DNA from: Nemertoderma westbladi
Taxonomy: Eukaryota > Animalia > Xenacoelomorpha
Assembly (NCBI GenBank): GCA_032718475.1
Contig: JAUCBJ010007436.1
Location: 15,126 to 79,125 of the forward strand
DNA: 64,000 nt
Reading direction: 5' to 3'
Shown: in pieces, positions 12,345 to 24,300 of the stretch
Position numbering within the stretch: position 1 is the first letter of the stretch
Layout of the letters: each line of letters opens with the position of its first letter
Translations under genes and position numbers: made by a program
Notes under the pieces: generated by a model
Seen by the model: the letters and a program-made list of their open reading frames with translations, nothing else
What the model was told of the DNA's origin: nothing
Databases searched by the model: none

Positions 12345-13272
12345 AAGTAGTGATTATTATCTGATTGGCTAATAGTAAGTAGCGATTTTTTCTTATTGGT
12401 CAAGACTCAAGAGTAAGTAGTGATTTTGTCTTATTGGTCAAGAGTAAGTAGTGATTTTTTCTTATTGGTGAAGAGTAAGTAGCGATTTTGTCTTATTGGT
12501 GAAGAGTAAGTAGTGATTCTTTCTTATTGGCTAGAGTAAGTAGCGATTTTGTCTTATTGGTCAAGAGTAAGTAGTGATTCTTTCTTATTGGTGAAGAGTA
12601 AGTAGTGATTTTTTCTAATTGGTGAAGAGTAAGTAGCGATTTTTTCTTATTGGCTAGAGTAAGTAGTGATTCTTTCTTATTGGTGAAGAGTAAGTAGTGA
12701 TTCTTTCTTATTGGCTAGAGTAAGTAGTGATTTTTTCATATTGGTGAAGAGTAAGTAGTGATACTTTCTTATTGGCTAGAGTAAGTAGCGATTTTTTCTT
12801 ATTGGTGAAGAGTAAGTAGTGATTCTTTCTTATTGGCTAGAGTAAGTAGCGATTTTGTCTTATTGGTCAAGAGTAAGTAGTGATTCTTTCTTATTGGCTA
12901 GAGTAAGTAGTGATTTTTTCTTATTGGTGAAGAGTAAGTAGTGATTCTTTCTTATTGGCTAGAGTAAGTATCGATTTTGTCTTATTGTTCAAGAGTAAGT
13001 AGTGATTCTTTCTTATTGGCTAGAGTAAGTAGTGATTTTTTCTTATTGGTGAAGAGTAAGTAGTGATTCTTTCTTATTGGCTAGAGTAAGTAGCGATTTT
13101 GTCTTATTGGTCAAGAGTAAGTAGTGATTCTTTCTTATTGGCTAGAGTAAGTAGTGATTTTTTCGTATTGGTGAAGAGTAAGTAGTGATTCTTTCTTATT
13201 GGCTAGAGTAAGTATCGATTTTGTCTTATTGGTCAAGAGTAAGTAGTGATTCTTTCTTATTGGCTAGAGTAA
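12345..13272. repeat. 30/31-bp satellite, left part
   Basis: Units GAGTAAGTAG(T/C)GATT(T/C)T(T/G)TCTTATTGG(CTA|TCAA|TGAA); degenerate at left edge. Confidence 0.97.
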
Positions 13273-13420
13273 TGTTACTTGGGTTAAAGAGACTAGAAAG
13301 ATACTCACTGATACCATATGCACTATGTACTGATGTAGGCTTTGTCAGTACCTACCGGTTCTAAGTGATATTGCAGTAGCCTATTGGCCCCTACCAATTT
13401 TACAATTCTATTAAATCAAC

Positions 13421-14197
13421 ATGCCCGCCAACAAACAGAAAAAGAAAATCCCCACGCCGATTGAACTCGTCTCTCACTCAAGCGGATCCGACAATGAAAC
13501 TGTTAATGAGAAATCCTACGAGGCGCTTCTATCCGCCATTAAACGGCTAACCAACGAAGTCGGTGAACTTCGTAGCGATATTAAAACCCTCCGTGATGAT
13601 CAAATGAAGTCCAATGACATTATTCCTGTAGTGAGCAGCCTTGAGCAACGAACGGACGTTCTCGAGAGTGACCTCACTTCCATTAAATCTGTTGTATCTG
13701 ATCAGGCAATCGAAATCGCTAATCTGAGTCAAAGGAACGACGAGCTGGAGCAGTACGGTCGGAATTACAACCTCGTATTTTATGGAATAAAGGAAAGCGA
13801 AACAGACGATGCGGCCGCTATTCAACATGTTCTTAATAAAATCGATGTTAAGATCTGTGATATAGATATAGCCCATCGCCTCGGTAAGAAAAAGACAGGC
13901 CCACGCCCAGTTATAGTTCGTTTCATATCGCGAAACAAGCGAAACTCTACTATCCGAAAGAAAAATATCCTATCCGACGTGCAGAATAGAGGAGATAAGG
14001 TTTACGTAGCCGAGAACCTAACACCACGACGCGCTATTCTTCTAAAGTCTCTAGTTGACATGAAGAAACAACGAAAGATAAATTCCGCATACTCCTACAA
14101 TGGGACTGTTATGGCTAAGCTGACTGCTAACTCGCACCCAACGGCGATAAACTGCCTCGAGGATATCAATCGTCTAACTAACACTAACCGCATGTAA
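13421..14197 (+). CDS. LINE ORF1 (coiled coil + RRM-like + C-terminal domain)
   Basis: Heptad region then LEQYGRNYNLVFYGIKE, IDIAHRLG, PRPVIVRF, VYVAENLT, typical of L1/CR1-type ORF1p. Confidence 0.92.
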   Translation: MPANKQKKKIPTPIELVSHSSGSDNETVNEKSYEALLSAIKRLTNEVGELRSDIKTLRDDQMKSNDIIPVVSSLEQRTDVLESDLTSIKSVVSDQAIEIANLSQRNDELEQYGRNYNLVFYGIKESETDDAAAIQHVLNKIDVKICDIDIAHRLGKKKTGPRPVIVRFISRNKRNSTIRKKNILSDVQNRGDKVYVAENLTPRRAILLKSLVDMKKQRKINSAYSYNGTVMAKLTANSHPTAINCLEDINRLTNTNRM

Positions 14198-14755
14198 ACA
14201 TTAAGTCGTTCATGTAACACAACATATATCCATCTATTAAAATCTATCATGTTTCTTTCCCTCGTCTGTGTAAAACTAGGCCTAATTAGAGTTGTAAATT
14301 CATGTAACATAACATTGTAAATCATAATCATGTTTCTTCAGCATATAACAAAGAATAAACTCTACCTTATCTAATTCGTTTCACTTCTCATAGAAATATA
14401 AATGTAAAGTATATATCACCACTTTTATTTTCGAAACCATTTTATACACGCGTTTGCGTGTGCCGACTAACGCTGTCACCAACTAACCATACCAAAAAAT
14501 ATTTCCTTCATAATAATACATGTCATCTCATCATAACAGTGCTGATAAACAATATTTTATTATCAGAATTTTCTATCATTACTCAGCATATCAATTACCA
14601 TAGATTTCACTACTGGTATAGCTGGTATCATATTGTACCACCTTATCTAGGCTAGATAAATTTTTCAGATTGCTATTTTCTCCTGGCAATCTCAGTTGAA
14701 TATCAAACTTACCTTTTATTTCCCCCTCCCGTACTAATTTTATAGTTTCTCCTAT

Positions 14756-17700
14756 ATGAGCACAGCCAGCGTCAATTCTTGCGAATTTTGTTTTTCAAAA
14801 TTTAACCCTAATGAATTTTCTTTTAAATGCGCCTTTTGCACCAATTTATACCACGTACCATGTGGTACCCATTTGTCAACCAGTGATATCTCCATACAAA
14901 AACATGAAATTTACTGTAATTTCTGCAATTTGGAAATTTTCCCGTTTCATATGATTCCTAATTATGATGACGATATATTTTCTAATAATGAATCTGATAT
15001 CAGTTTAGCTGAAAACTCAAAACAACTAAATAACTATTTTAACGATATTGATCCCGATCAAAACTTGAACTCTAATAATACTGACGGTAGGTACTTTAAT
15101 ATATCAAAATTCAATAATATCCCCCAAAAAAATAACTCTTTTTCAATTTTCAATTTAAACTGCCGGAGTCTGAACAAAAATTTAAGCCACACTTTAGAAC
15201 ACATAGCTCTCCTAGATTATCAGTTCGACGTTCTTACTTTCACTGAAACTTTTCTCACTGACGATACTGATCTCACTTACTTTAATATCCCTGGCTACAG
15301 TCCCCCACTTATTACAAACCGAAAATATGGACAATTAAACCGTGGCGGCACCGCCATATACATTAAGAATAGTCTGGATTACTCCATCTGTCAAGATATT
15401 AAAATTGAAAACTGCGAGTCCACTTGGATAACTGTTAACCGCTCACGGAACTTACTTACTCAGACACAGAAGCCGGTACTACTAGGAACTATATATCGCC
15501 CCCAATCGTGCGATGCTGATGAATTTATTGAAAACTTAAATAAGACTATATTCCAATTATCAAAAGAAAATCTAGACATAGTTTTAACCGGTGACTACAA
15601 CATAGATTTACTCAAATCAACCAACATTTCCAACAAATATACCCAAAGCCTACAATCTAACTCTTTTGATCAGTATATCAAGGTTGCAACTAGAATAACA
15701 CCCCACTCTAGAACACTTATAGATCATTTCTCTTCTAATATAACTGATAAATTAATAACGCCTGGAGTTTTCCTATCAGAAATCGGAACAACTGACCATC
15801 TTGCAACTTTCCTTATTATTCAAAATTATAATGTTTTTTTCAAATCCTCCGAAAAACAGTATACGTATGACTACCGAAAATTTAATAAAACAAATTTCTT
15901 AAATGATTTAAGAAATCCACGTAATTGGTCATACCAAAGGTCATATAATACATACGAAAAGAAATTTGAGTTGTTTTATAATGACTTTCAAAAAATAGTA
16001 AATATTCATTTACCAAAAAAAGAACTACTAAAAAAGGAAATGCCAAAAAAACCGTGGATGACTGAAAACCTGGTTAAGTCAATATTAACTAAAAATAAAT
16101 TATATGCCTCGTTAGGTAAGAATCCCAGTCCTGAAAAAATAAATTACTATAAAAAATACCGCAATAAACTGACAAATGTACTAAGACTAACTGAGAAGTC
16201 ATACTATCACGCACAATTTGAAAAACACAAAAATAATACGAGGAAAACTTGGCAAACAATTAACTCTGCACTCCGTAAGACTAAATCACTTTCTTCACCT
16301 AAAAAACTTAAAACTATTACATCAACTGGTATACTTGAACATACTGACCCACTTGACATAGCAACTACGTTCAATCACTACTTTGCTAATGTAGGCCCCC
16401 AACTTGCCGGTTCACTTCCTGCAACAAAGCGTAACCCAACACGTTTTGTAAACCACCGGAAACCAAACTCATTTTCCCTCTCTCAAACGTCCGAAACTGA
16501 AACTATATATAATATCCTAAACCTAAGAAATAATTGCTCAACTAACGATAACTTCCCCATTCCTATCCTAAAAATTGCAGCCTATGACCTTGCCCCACAC
16601 ATCACAAATTTCATTAATATCTCCATAAGATCTGGTTACTTTCCAAATATCCTAAAACAAGCCAAAATAATTCCCGTTTACAAAAGTGGAGATCCGACTG
16701 ATAAAAACAATTATCGTCCCATATCCATACTTCCTGTCTTTACTAAACTTTACGAAACTGTGATAAACTCCCAATTAATTTCATATTTAGAGAAATACAA
16801 TATTCTTTCCAATGACCAATATGGGTTCCGTAAACATTCGACAACTACTGATGCAATTCTGACAATTACCGAACGCCTATATGAAATACTTGACACTGAG
16901 CAATCTGCCTGTTTGATTACAATAGATTTAAAAAAAGCCTTCGACACACTGAATCACGAAATACTACTCAAAAAACTAAACTGCTACGGAATACGAGGCC
17001 TGCCACACACTCTTCTAAAAAGCTATCTAACTGAACGCACCCATTACGTCTCCCTCAATAACAACCAATCCGAACCCCTAACCTCTACCTGTGGAACACC
17101 TCAAGGAGCAATTCTAAGTGCCACACTATTCCTTTTATACATAAACGACTTACCAAACTGTACACAATTAACAACAACTCTCTTCGCTGATGACACAAAT
17201 CTACTGTACTATCACCCAAACCAAGACACCCTCATCGACACTGTTAATAAGGAACTTACCAAACTTGAAGAATGGCTATTAGACAATAAGCTCTCACTAA
17301 ATCTAAAAAAAACGGAATACCTACTTATCACTAAAAAACAAAATACTACCGACGAACAAGTTATAATTCAAGGAAAACCAGTCAATATTGTAGAATCAAC
17401 TAAATTCTTAGGCTTATTTATCGACAATAAACTGACTTGGCAACAACACTGCGCTTATGTAAACAAAAAAATTTCAAAATCCGCTGGTTTATTTTTCAAA
17501 CTACGATATATCTTACCTCTGAAAATATTAAAATCATTATACCATACCTTCATCCATCCCTACTTGTCATACGGAATAATTCTATGGGGAAACTCAAGTG
17601 CAAAAAATATTAATCCAATTAGAGTCAAGGTTAACAAAATAATACGCGCGATAACCTTCAACCACTACTTAGCACACGCACCACCGATTTACAGATCACT

Positions 17701-18013
17701 AAACATTATACCTATTGACAAACTATATGAACTCGAAACGGCTAAACTTATGTGGGAAATTATTAATCACAAAAAACAAGAATACATTACATCACTGTTT
17801 AAACCGACAAGTCTTATTCACTCCCACATCACACGTTCTACAGCTACCCGCAACTACTTCATTCATCGTACCAGACTTCAGCAAACGCAAAAATCTCTAA
17901 AATACCACGGGGCAATAACCTGGAACTCACTACCACTAAAAATAAAAAACAAAAAAACAAAACAATCATTTTCAAAAGATTTAAAAGAACTACTCATGGA
18001 AGAACTGGTATAA
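14756..18013 (+). CDS. LINE ORF2 (PHD finger, APE endonuclease, reverse transcriptase), 1085 aa
   Basis: C-x2-C..C-x2-C..H-x2-C..C-x2-C PHD; NCRSL, TET, GDYN, TLIDH, TDH (APE); NYRPIS, DLKKAFD, GTPQGA, FADDT (RT). Confidence 0.96.
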   Translation: MSTASVNSCEFCFSKFNPNEFSFKCAFCTNLYHVPCGTHLSTSDISIQKHEIYCNFCNLEIFPFHMIPNYDDDIFSNNESDISLAENSKQLNNYFNDIDPDQNLNSNNTDGRYFNISKFNNIPQKNNSFSIFNLNCRSLNKNLSHTLEHIALLDYQFDVLTFTETFLTDDTDLTYFNIPGYSPPLITNRKYGQLNRGGTAIYIKNSLDYSICQDIKIENCESTWITVNRSRNLLTQTQKPVLLGTIYRPQSCDADEFIENLNKTIFQLSKENLDIVLTGDYNIDLLKSTNISNKYTQSLQSNSFDQYIKVATRITPHSRTLIDHFSSNITDKLITPGVFLSEIGTTDHLATFLIIQNYNVFFKSSEKQYTYDYRKFNKTNFLNDLRNPRNWSYQRSYNTYEKKFELFYNDFQKIVNIHLPKKELLKKEMPKKPWMTENLVKSILTKNKLYASLGKNPSPEKINYYKKYRNKLTNVLRLTEKSYYHAQFEKHKNNTRKTWQTINSALRKTKSLSSPKKLKTITSTGILEHTDPLDIATTFNHYFANVGPQLAGSLPATKRNPTRFVNHRKPNSFSLSQTSETETIYNILNLRNNCSTNDNFPIPILKIAAYDLAPHITNFINISIRSGYFPNILKQAKIIPVYKSGDPTDKNNYRPISILPVFTKLYETVINSQLISYLEKYNILSNDQYGFRKHSTTTDAILTITERLYEILDTEQSACLITIDLKKAFDTLNHEILLKKLNCYGIRGLPHTLLKSYLTERTHYVSLNNNQSEPLTSTCGTPQGAILSATLFLLYINDLPNCTQLTTTLFADDTNLLYYHPNQDTLIDTVNKELTKLEEWLLDNKLSLNLKKTEYLLITKKQNTTDEQVIIQGKPVNIVESTKFLGLFIDNKLTWQQHCAYVNKKISKSAGLFFKLRYILPLKILKSLYHTFIHPYLSYGIILWGNSSAKNINPIRVKVNKIIRAITFNHYLAHAPPIYRSLNIIPIDKLYELETAKLMWEIINHKKQEYITSLFKPTSLIHSHITRSTATRNYFIHRTRLQQTQKSLKYHGAITWNSLPLKIKNKKTKQSFSKDLKELLMEELV

Positions 18014-18351
18014 ATAACTAATTAATAAAATTAATAGAATAGAATAATAATTATAATTAAATCTATAAAGTAAGATAAAATAAACATAAACCTAAATTAA
18101 TTAAAACATCATCCGCCTGATCTGGCTTTGCTCTCAATCCCCCCCCCCCCCCCCCCCCCTCTCCAACATCAAGTTACTACAACAGTTATTGTCAAAACTA
18201 GCATCTGCTACTGACAATCTCTGTTGCTTCCATAAAAATTCTAGAACATAATTTCAAATTTTTGATATTCATCTGCAAGACTTATTTTTTCACACATTAA
18301 ACTGTTATGTGCAAAATTTGATGTTTGGAAAAGAAATATTATATATTGATT

Positions 18352-21300
18352 GAGTAAGTAGCGATTTTTTCTTATTGGCTAGAGTAAGTAGCGATTTTTT
18401 CTTATTGGCTAGAGTAAGTAGTGATTTTTTCTTATTGGCTAGAGGAAGTAGCGATTTTTTCTTATTGGTGAAGAGTAAGTAGTGATTCTTTCTTATTGGC
18501 TAGAGTAAGTTGCGATTTTGTCTTATTGGTCAAGAGTAAGTAGTGATTCTTTCTTATTGGCTAGAGTAAGTAGCGATTTTGTCTTATTGGTCAAGAGTAA
18601 GTAGTGATTCTTTCTTATTGGCTAGAGTAAGTAGTGATTTTTTCTTATTGGTGAAGAGTAAGTAGCGATTTTTTCTTATTGGCTAGAGTAAGTAGTGATT
18701 TTTTCTTATTGGCTAGAGGAAGTAGCGATTTTTTCTTATTGGTCAAGAGTAAGTAGTGATTTTTTCTTATTGGCTAGAGTAAGTAGCGATTTTTTCTTAT
18801 TGGCTAGAGTAAGTAGTGATTCTTTCTTATTGGCTAGAGTAAGTAGCGATTTTTTCTTATTGGTCAAGAGTAAGTAGTGATTCTTTCTTATTGGCTAGAG
18901 TAAGTAGTGATTCTTTCTTATTGGCTAGAGTAAGTAGCGATTTTGTCTTATTGGTCAAGAGTAAGTAGTGATTCTTTCTTATTGGCTAGAGTAAGTAGTG
19001 ATTTTTTCTTATTGGTGAAGAGTAAGTAGTGATTCTTTCTTATTGGCTAGAATAAGTAGCGATTTTGTCTTATTGGTCAAGAGTAAGTAGTGATTTTTTC
19101 TTATTGGTGAAGAGTAAGTAGTGATTCTTTCTTATTGGCTAGAGTAAGTAGCGATTTTGTCTTATTGGTCAAGAGTAAGTAGTGATTCTTTCTTATTGGC
19201 TAGAGTAAGTAGTGATTTTTTCGTATTGGTGAAGAGTAAGTAGTGATTCTTTCTTATTGGCTTGAGTAAGTATCGATTTTGTCTTATTGGTCAAGAGTAA
19301 GTAGTGATTCTTTCTTATTGGCTAGAGTAAGTAGCGATTTTTTCTTATTGGCTAGAGTAAGTAGCGATTTTTTCTTATTGGCTAGAGTAAGTAGCGATTT
19401 TGTCTTATTGGTGAAGAGTAAGTAGTGATTCTTTCTTATTGGCTAGAGTAAGTAGCGATTTTGTCTTATTGGTCAAGAGTAAGTAGTGATTCTTTCTTAT
19501 TGGCTAGAGTAAGTAGTGATTTTTTCTTATTGGTGAAGAGTAAGTAGTGATTCTTTCTTATTGGCTAGAATAAGTAGCGATTTTGTCTTATTGGTCAAGA
19601 GTAAGTAGTGATTTTTTCTTATTGGTGAAGAGTAAGTAGTGATTTTTTCTTATTGGTGAAGAGTAAGTAGTGATTCTTTCTTATTGGCTAGAGTAAGTAG
19701 CGATTTTGTCTTATTGGTCAAGAGTAAGTAGTGATTTTTTCTTATTGGTGAAGAGTAAGTAGTGATTCTTTCTTATTGGCTAGAGTAAGTAGCGATTTTG
19801 TCTTATTGGTCAAGAGTAAGTAGTGAGTCTTTCTTATTGGCTAGAGTAAGTAGTGATTTTTTCGTATTGGTGAAGAGTAAGTAGTGATTCTTTCTTATTG
19901 GCTATAGTAAGTATCGATTTTGTCTTATTGGTCAAGAGTAAGTAGTGATTCTTTCTTATTGGCTAGAGTAAGTAGCGATTTTTTCTTATTGGCTAGAGTA
20001 AGTAGCGATTTTTTCTTATTGGCTAGAGTAAGTAGCGATTTTGTCTTATTGGTGAAGAGTAAGTAGTGATTCTTTCTTATTGGCTAGAGTAAGTAGCGAT
20101 TTTGTCTTATTGGTGAAGAGTAAGTAGTGATTCTTTCTTATTGGCTAGAATAAGTAGCGATTTTGTCTTATTGGTCAAGAGTAAGTAGTGATTTTTTCTT
20201 ATTGGTGAAGAGTAAGTAGTGATTTTTTCTTATTGGCTAGAGGAAGTAGCGATTTTGTCTTATTGGTCAAGAGTAAGTAGTGATTCTTTCTTATTGGCTA
20301 GAGTAAGTAGTGATTTTTTCTTATTGGTGAAGAGTAAGTAGTGATTCTTTCTTATTGGCTAGAGTAAGTAGCGATTTTGTCTTATTGGTCAAGAGTAAGT
20401 AGTGATTCTTTCTTATTGGCTAGAGTAAGTAGCGATTTTGTCTTATTGGTCAAGAGTAAGTAGTGATTCTTTCTTATTGACTAGAGTAAGTAGTGATTGG
20501 CTAGAGTAAGTAATGATTTTTTCTTATTGGCTAGAGGAAGTAGCGATTTTTTCTTATTGGTGAAGAGTAAGTAGTGATTCTTTCTTATTGGCTAGAGTAA
20601 GTAGCGATTTTGTCTTATTGGTCAAGAGTAAGTAGTGATTCTTTCTTATTGGCTAGAGTAAGTAGTGATTTTTTCTTATTGGTGAAGAGTAAGTAGTGAT
20701 TCTTTCTTATTGGCTAGAGTAAGTAGCGATTTTGTCTTATTGGTCAAGAGTAAGTAGTGATTTTTTCTTATTGGTGAATTGTAAGTAGTGATTTTTTCTT
20801 ATTGGCTAGAGGAAGTAGCGATTTTGTCTTATTGGTCAAGAGTAAGTAGTGATTCTTTCTTATTGGCTAGAGTAAGTAGCGATTTTGTCTTATTGGTCAA
20901 GAGTAAGTAGTGATTTTTTCTTATTGGTGAAGAGTAAGTAGTGATTTTTTCTTATTGGCTAGAGTAAGTAGTGATTTTTTCTTATTGGTGAAGAGTAAGT
21001 AGTGATTCTTTCTTATTGGCTAGAGTAAGTAGCGATTTTGTCTTATTGGTCAAGAGTAAGTAGTGATTTTTTCTTATTGGTGAAGAGTAAGTAGTGATTT
21101 TTTCTTATTGGCTAGAGGAAGTAGCGATTTTGTCTTATTGGTCAAGAGTAAGTAGTGATTCTTTCTTATTGGCTAGAGTAAGTAGTGATTTTTTCTTATT
21201 GGTGAAGAGTAAGTAGTGATTCTTTCTTATTGGCTAGAGTAAGTAGCGATTTTGTCTTATTTATCAAGAGTAAGTAGTGATTTTTTCTTATTGGTGAAGA

Positions 21301-24300
21301 GTAAGTAGTGATTTTTTCTTATTGGCTAGAGGAAGTAGCGATTTTGTCTTATTGGTCAAGAGTAAGTAGTGATTCTTTCTTATTGGCTAGAGTAAGTAGC
21401 GATTTTTTCTTATTGGTCAAGAGTAAGTAGTGATTCTTTCTTATTGGCTAGAGTAAGTAGTGATTTTTTCTTATTGGCTAGAGGAAGTAGCGATTTTGTC
21501 TTATTGGTCAAGAGTAAGTAGTGATTCTTTCTTATTGGCTAGAGTAAGTAGCGATTTTGTCTTATTGGTCAAGAGTAAGTAGTGATTCTTTCTTATTGGT
21601 CAAGAGTAAGTAGTGATTCTTTCTTATTGGCTAGAGTAAGTAGTGATTCTTTCTTATTGGCTAGAGTAAGTAGCGATTGTGTCTTATTGGTGAAGAGTAA
21701 GTAGTGATTATTTCTTATTGGCTAGAGTAAGTAGCGATTTTGTCTTATTGGTCAAGAGTAAGTAGTGATTTTTTCTTATTGGTGAAGAGTAAGTAGTGAT
21801 TCTTTCTTATTGGCTAGAGTAAGTAGCGATTTTGTCTTATTGGTCAAGAGTAAGTAGTGATTCTTTCTTATTGGCTAGAGTAAGTAGCGATTTTGTCTTA
21901 TTGGCCAAGAGTAAGTGGTGATTCTTTCTTATTGGCTAGAGTAAGTAGTGATTTTTTCTTATTGGTGAAGAGTAAGTAGCGATTTTTTCTTATTGGCTAG
22001 AGGAAGTAGCGATTTTTTCTTATTGGTGAAGAGTAAGTAGTGATTCTTTCTTATTGGCTAGAGTAAGTAGCGATTTTGTCTTATTGGTCAAGAGTAAGTA
22101 GTGATTCTTTCTTATTGGCTAGAGTAAGTAGTGATTTTTTCTTATTGGTGAAGAGTAAGTAGTGATTCTTTCTTATTGGCTAGAGTAAGTAGCGATTTTG
22201 TCTTATTGGTCAAGAGTAAGTAGTGATTATTTCTTATTGCTAGAGTAAGTAGTGATTTTTTCTTATTGGTGAAGAGTAAGTAGTGATTCTTTCTTATTGG
22301 CTAGAGTAAGTAGCGATTTTGTCTTATTGGTCAAGAGTAAGTAGTGATTCTTTCTTATTGGCTAGAGTAAGTCGTGATTTTTTCTTATTGGTGAAGAGTA
22401 AGTAGTGATTCTTTCTTATTGGCTAGAGTAAGTAGCGATTTTGTCTTATTGGTCAAGAGTAAGTAGTGATTTTTTCTTATTGGTGAAGAGTAAGTAGTGA
22501 TTTTTTCTTATTGGTGAAGAGTAAGTAGTGATTCTTTCTTATTGGCTAGAGTAAGTAGCGATTTTGTCTTATTGGTCAAGAGTAAGTAGTGATTCTTTCT
22601 TATTGGCTAGAGTAAGTAGTGATTTTTTCTTATTGGTGAAGAGTAAGTAGTGATTCTTTCTTATTGGCTAGAATAAGTAGCGATTTTGTCTTATTGGTCA
22701 AGAGTAAGTAGTGATTTTTTCTTATTGGTGAAGAGTAAGTAGTGATTTTTTCTTATTGGTGAAGAGTAAGTAGTGATTCTTTCTTATTGGCTAGAGTAAG
22801 TAGCGATTTTGTCTTATTGGTCAAGAGTAAGTAGTGATTTTTTCTTATTGGTGAAGAGTAAGTAGTGATTCTTTCTTATTGGCTAGAGTAAGTAGCGATT
22901 TTGTCTTATTGGTCAAGAGTAAGTAGTGAGTCTTTCTTATTGGCTAGAGTAAGTAGTGATTTTTTCGTATTGGTGAAGAGTAAGTAGTGATTCTTTCTTA
23001 TTGGCTATAGTAAGTATCGATTTTGTCTTATTGGTCAAGAGTAAGTAGTGATTCTTTCTTATTGGCTAGAGTAAGTAGCGATTTTTTCTTATTGGCTAGA
23101 GTAAGTAGCGATTTTTTCTTATTGGCTAGAGTAAGTAGCGATTTTGTCTTATTGGTGAAGAGTAAGTAGTGATTCTTTCTTATTGGCTAGAGTAAGTAGC
23201 GATTTTGTCTTATTGGTCAAGAGTAAGTAGTGATTCTTTCTTATTGGCTAGAGTAAGTAGTGATTTTTTCTTATTGGTGAAGAGTAAGTAGTGATTCTTT
23301 CTTATTGGCTAGAATAAGTAGCGATTTTGTCTTATTGGTCAAGAGTAAGTAGTGATTTTTTCTTATTGGTGAAGAGTAAGTAGTGATTTTTTCTTATTGG
23401 CTAGAGGAAGTAGCGATTTTGTCTTATTGGTCAAGAGTAAGTAGTGATTCTTTCTTATTGGCTAGAGTAAGTAGTGATTTTTTCTTATTGGTGAAGAGTA
23501 AGTAGTGATTCTTTCTTATTGGCTAGAGTAAGTAGCGATTTTGTCTTATTGGTCAAGAGTAAGTAGTGATTCTTTCTTATTGGCTAGAGTAAGTAGCGAT
23601 TTTGTCTTATTGGTCAAGAGTAAGTAGTGATTCTTTCTTATTGACTAGAGTAAGTAGTGATTGGCTAGAGTAAGTAATGATTTTTTCTTATTGGCTAGAG
23701 GAAGTAGCGATTTTTTCTTATTGGTGAAGAGTAAGTAGTGATTCTTTCTTATTGGCTAGAGTAAGTAGCGATTTTGTCTTATTGGTCAAGAGTAAGTAGT
23801 GATTCTTTCTTATTGGCTAGAGTAAGTAGTGATTTTTTCTTATTGGTGAAGAGTAAGTAGTGATTCTTTCTTATTGGCTAGAGTAAGTAGCGATTTTGTC
23901 TTATTGGTCAAGAGTAAGTAGTGATTTTTTCTTATTGGTGAATTGTAAGTAGTGATTTTTTCTTATTGGCTAGAGGAAGTAGCGATTTTGTCTTATTGGT
24001 CAAGAGTAAGTAGTGATTCTTTCTTATTGGCTAGAGTAAGTAGCGATTTTGTCTTATTGGTCAAGAGTAAGTAGTGATTTTTTCTTATTGGTGAAGAGTA
24101 AGTAGTGATTTTTTCTTATTGGCTAGAGTAAGTAGTGATTTTTTCTTATTGGTGAAGAGTAAGTAGTGATTCTTTCTTATTGGCTAGAGTAAGTAGCGAT
24201 TTTGTCTTATTGGTCAAGAGTAAGTAGTGATTTTTTCTTATTGGTGAAGAGTAAGTAGTGATTTTTTCTTATTGGCTAGAGGAAGTAGCGATTTTGTCTT

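Larger units (their letters stand above)
13273..18351 (+). mobile_element. Full-length CR1-group (CR1/L2/Crack-like) LINE
   Basis: Two intact ORFs, short (ATTG)n 3' end, GAGTAA duplicated at 13267-13272 and 18352-18357; interrupts the satellite. Confidence 0.92.
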
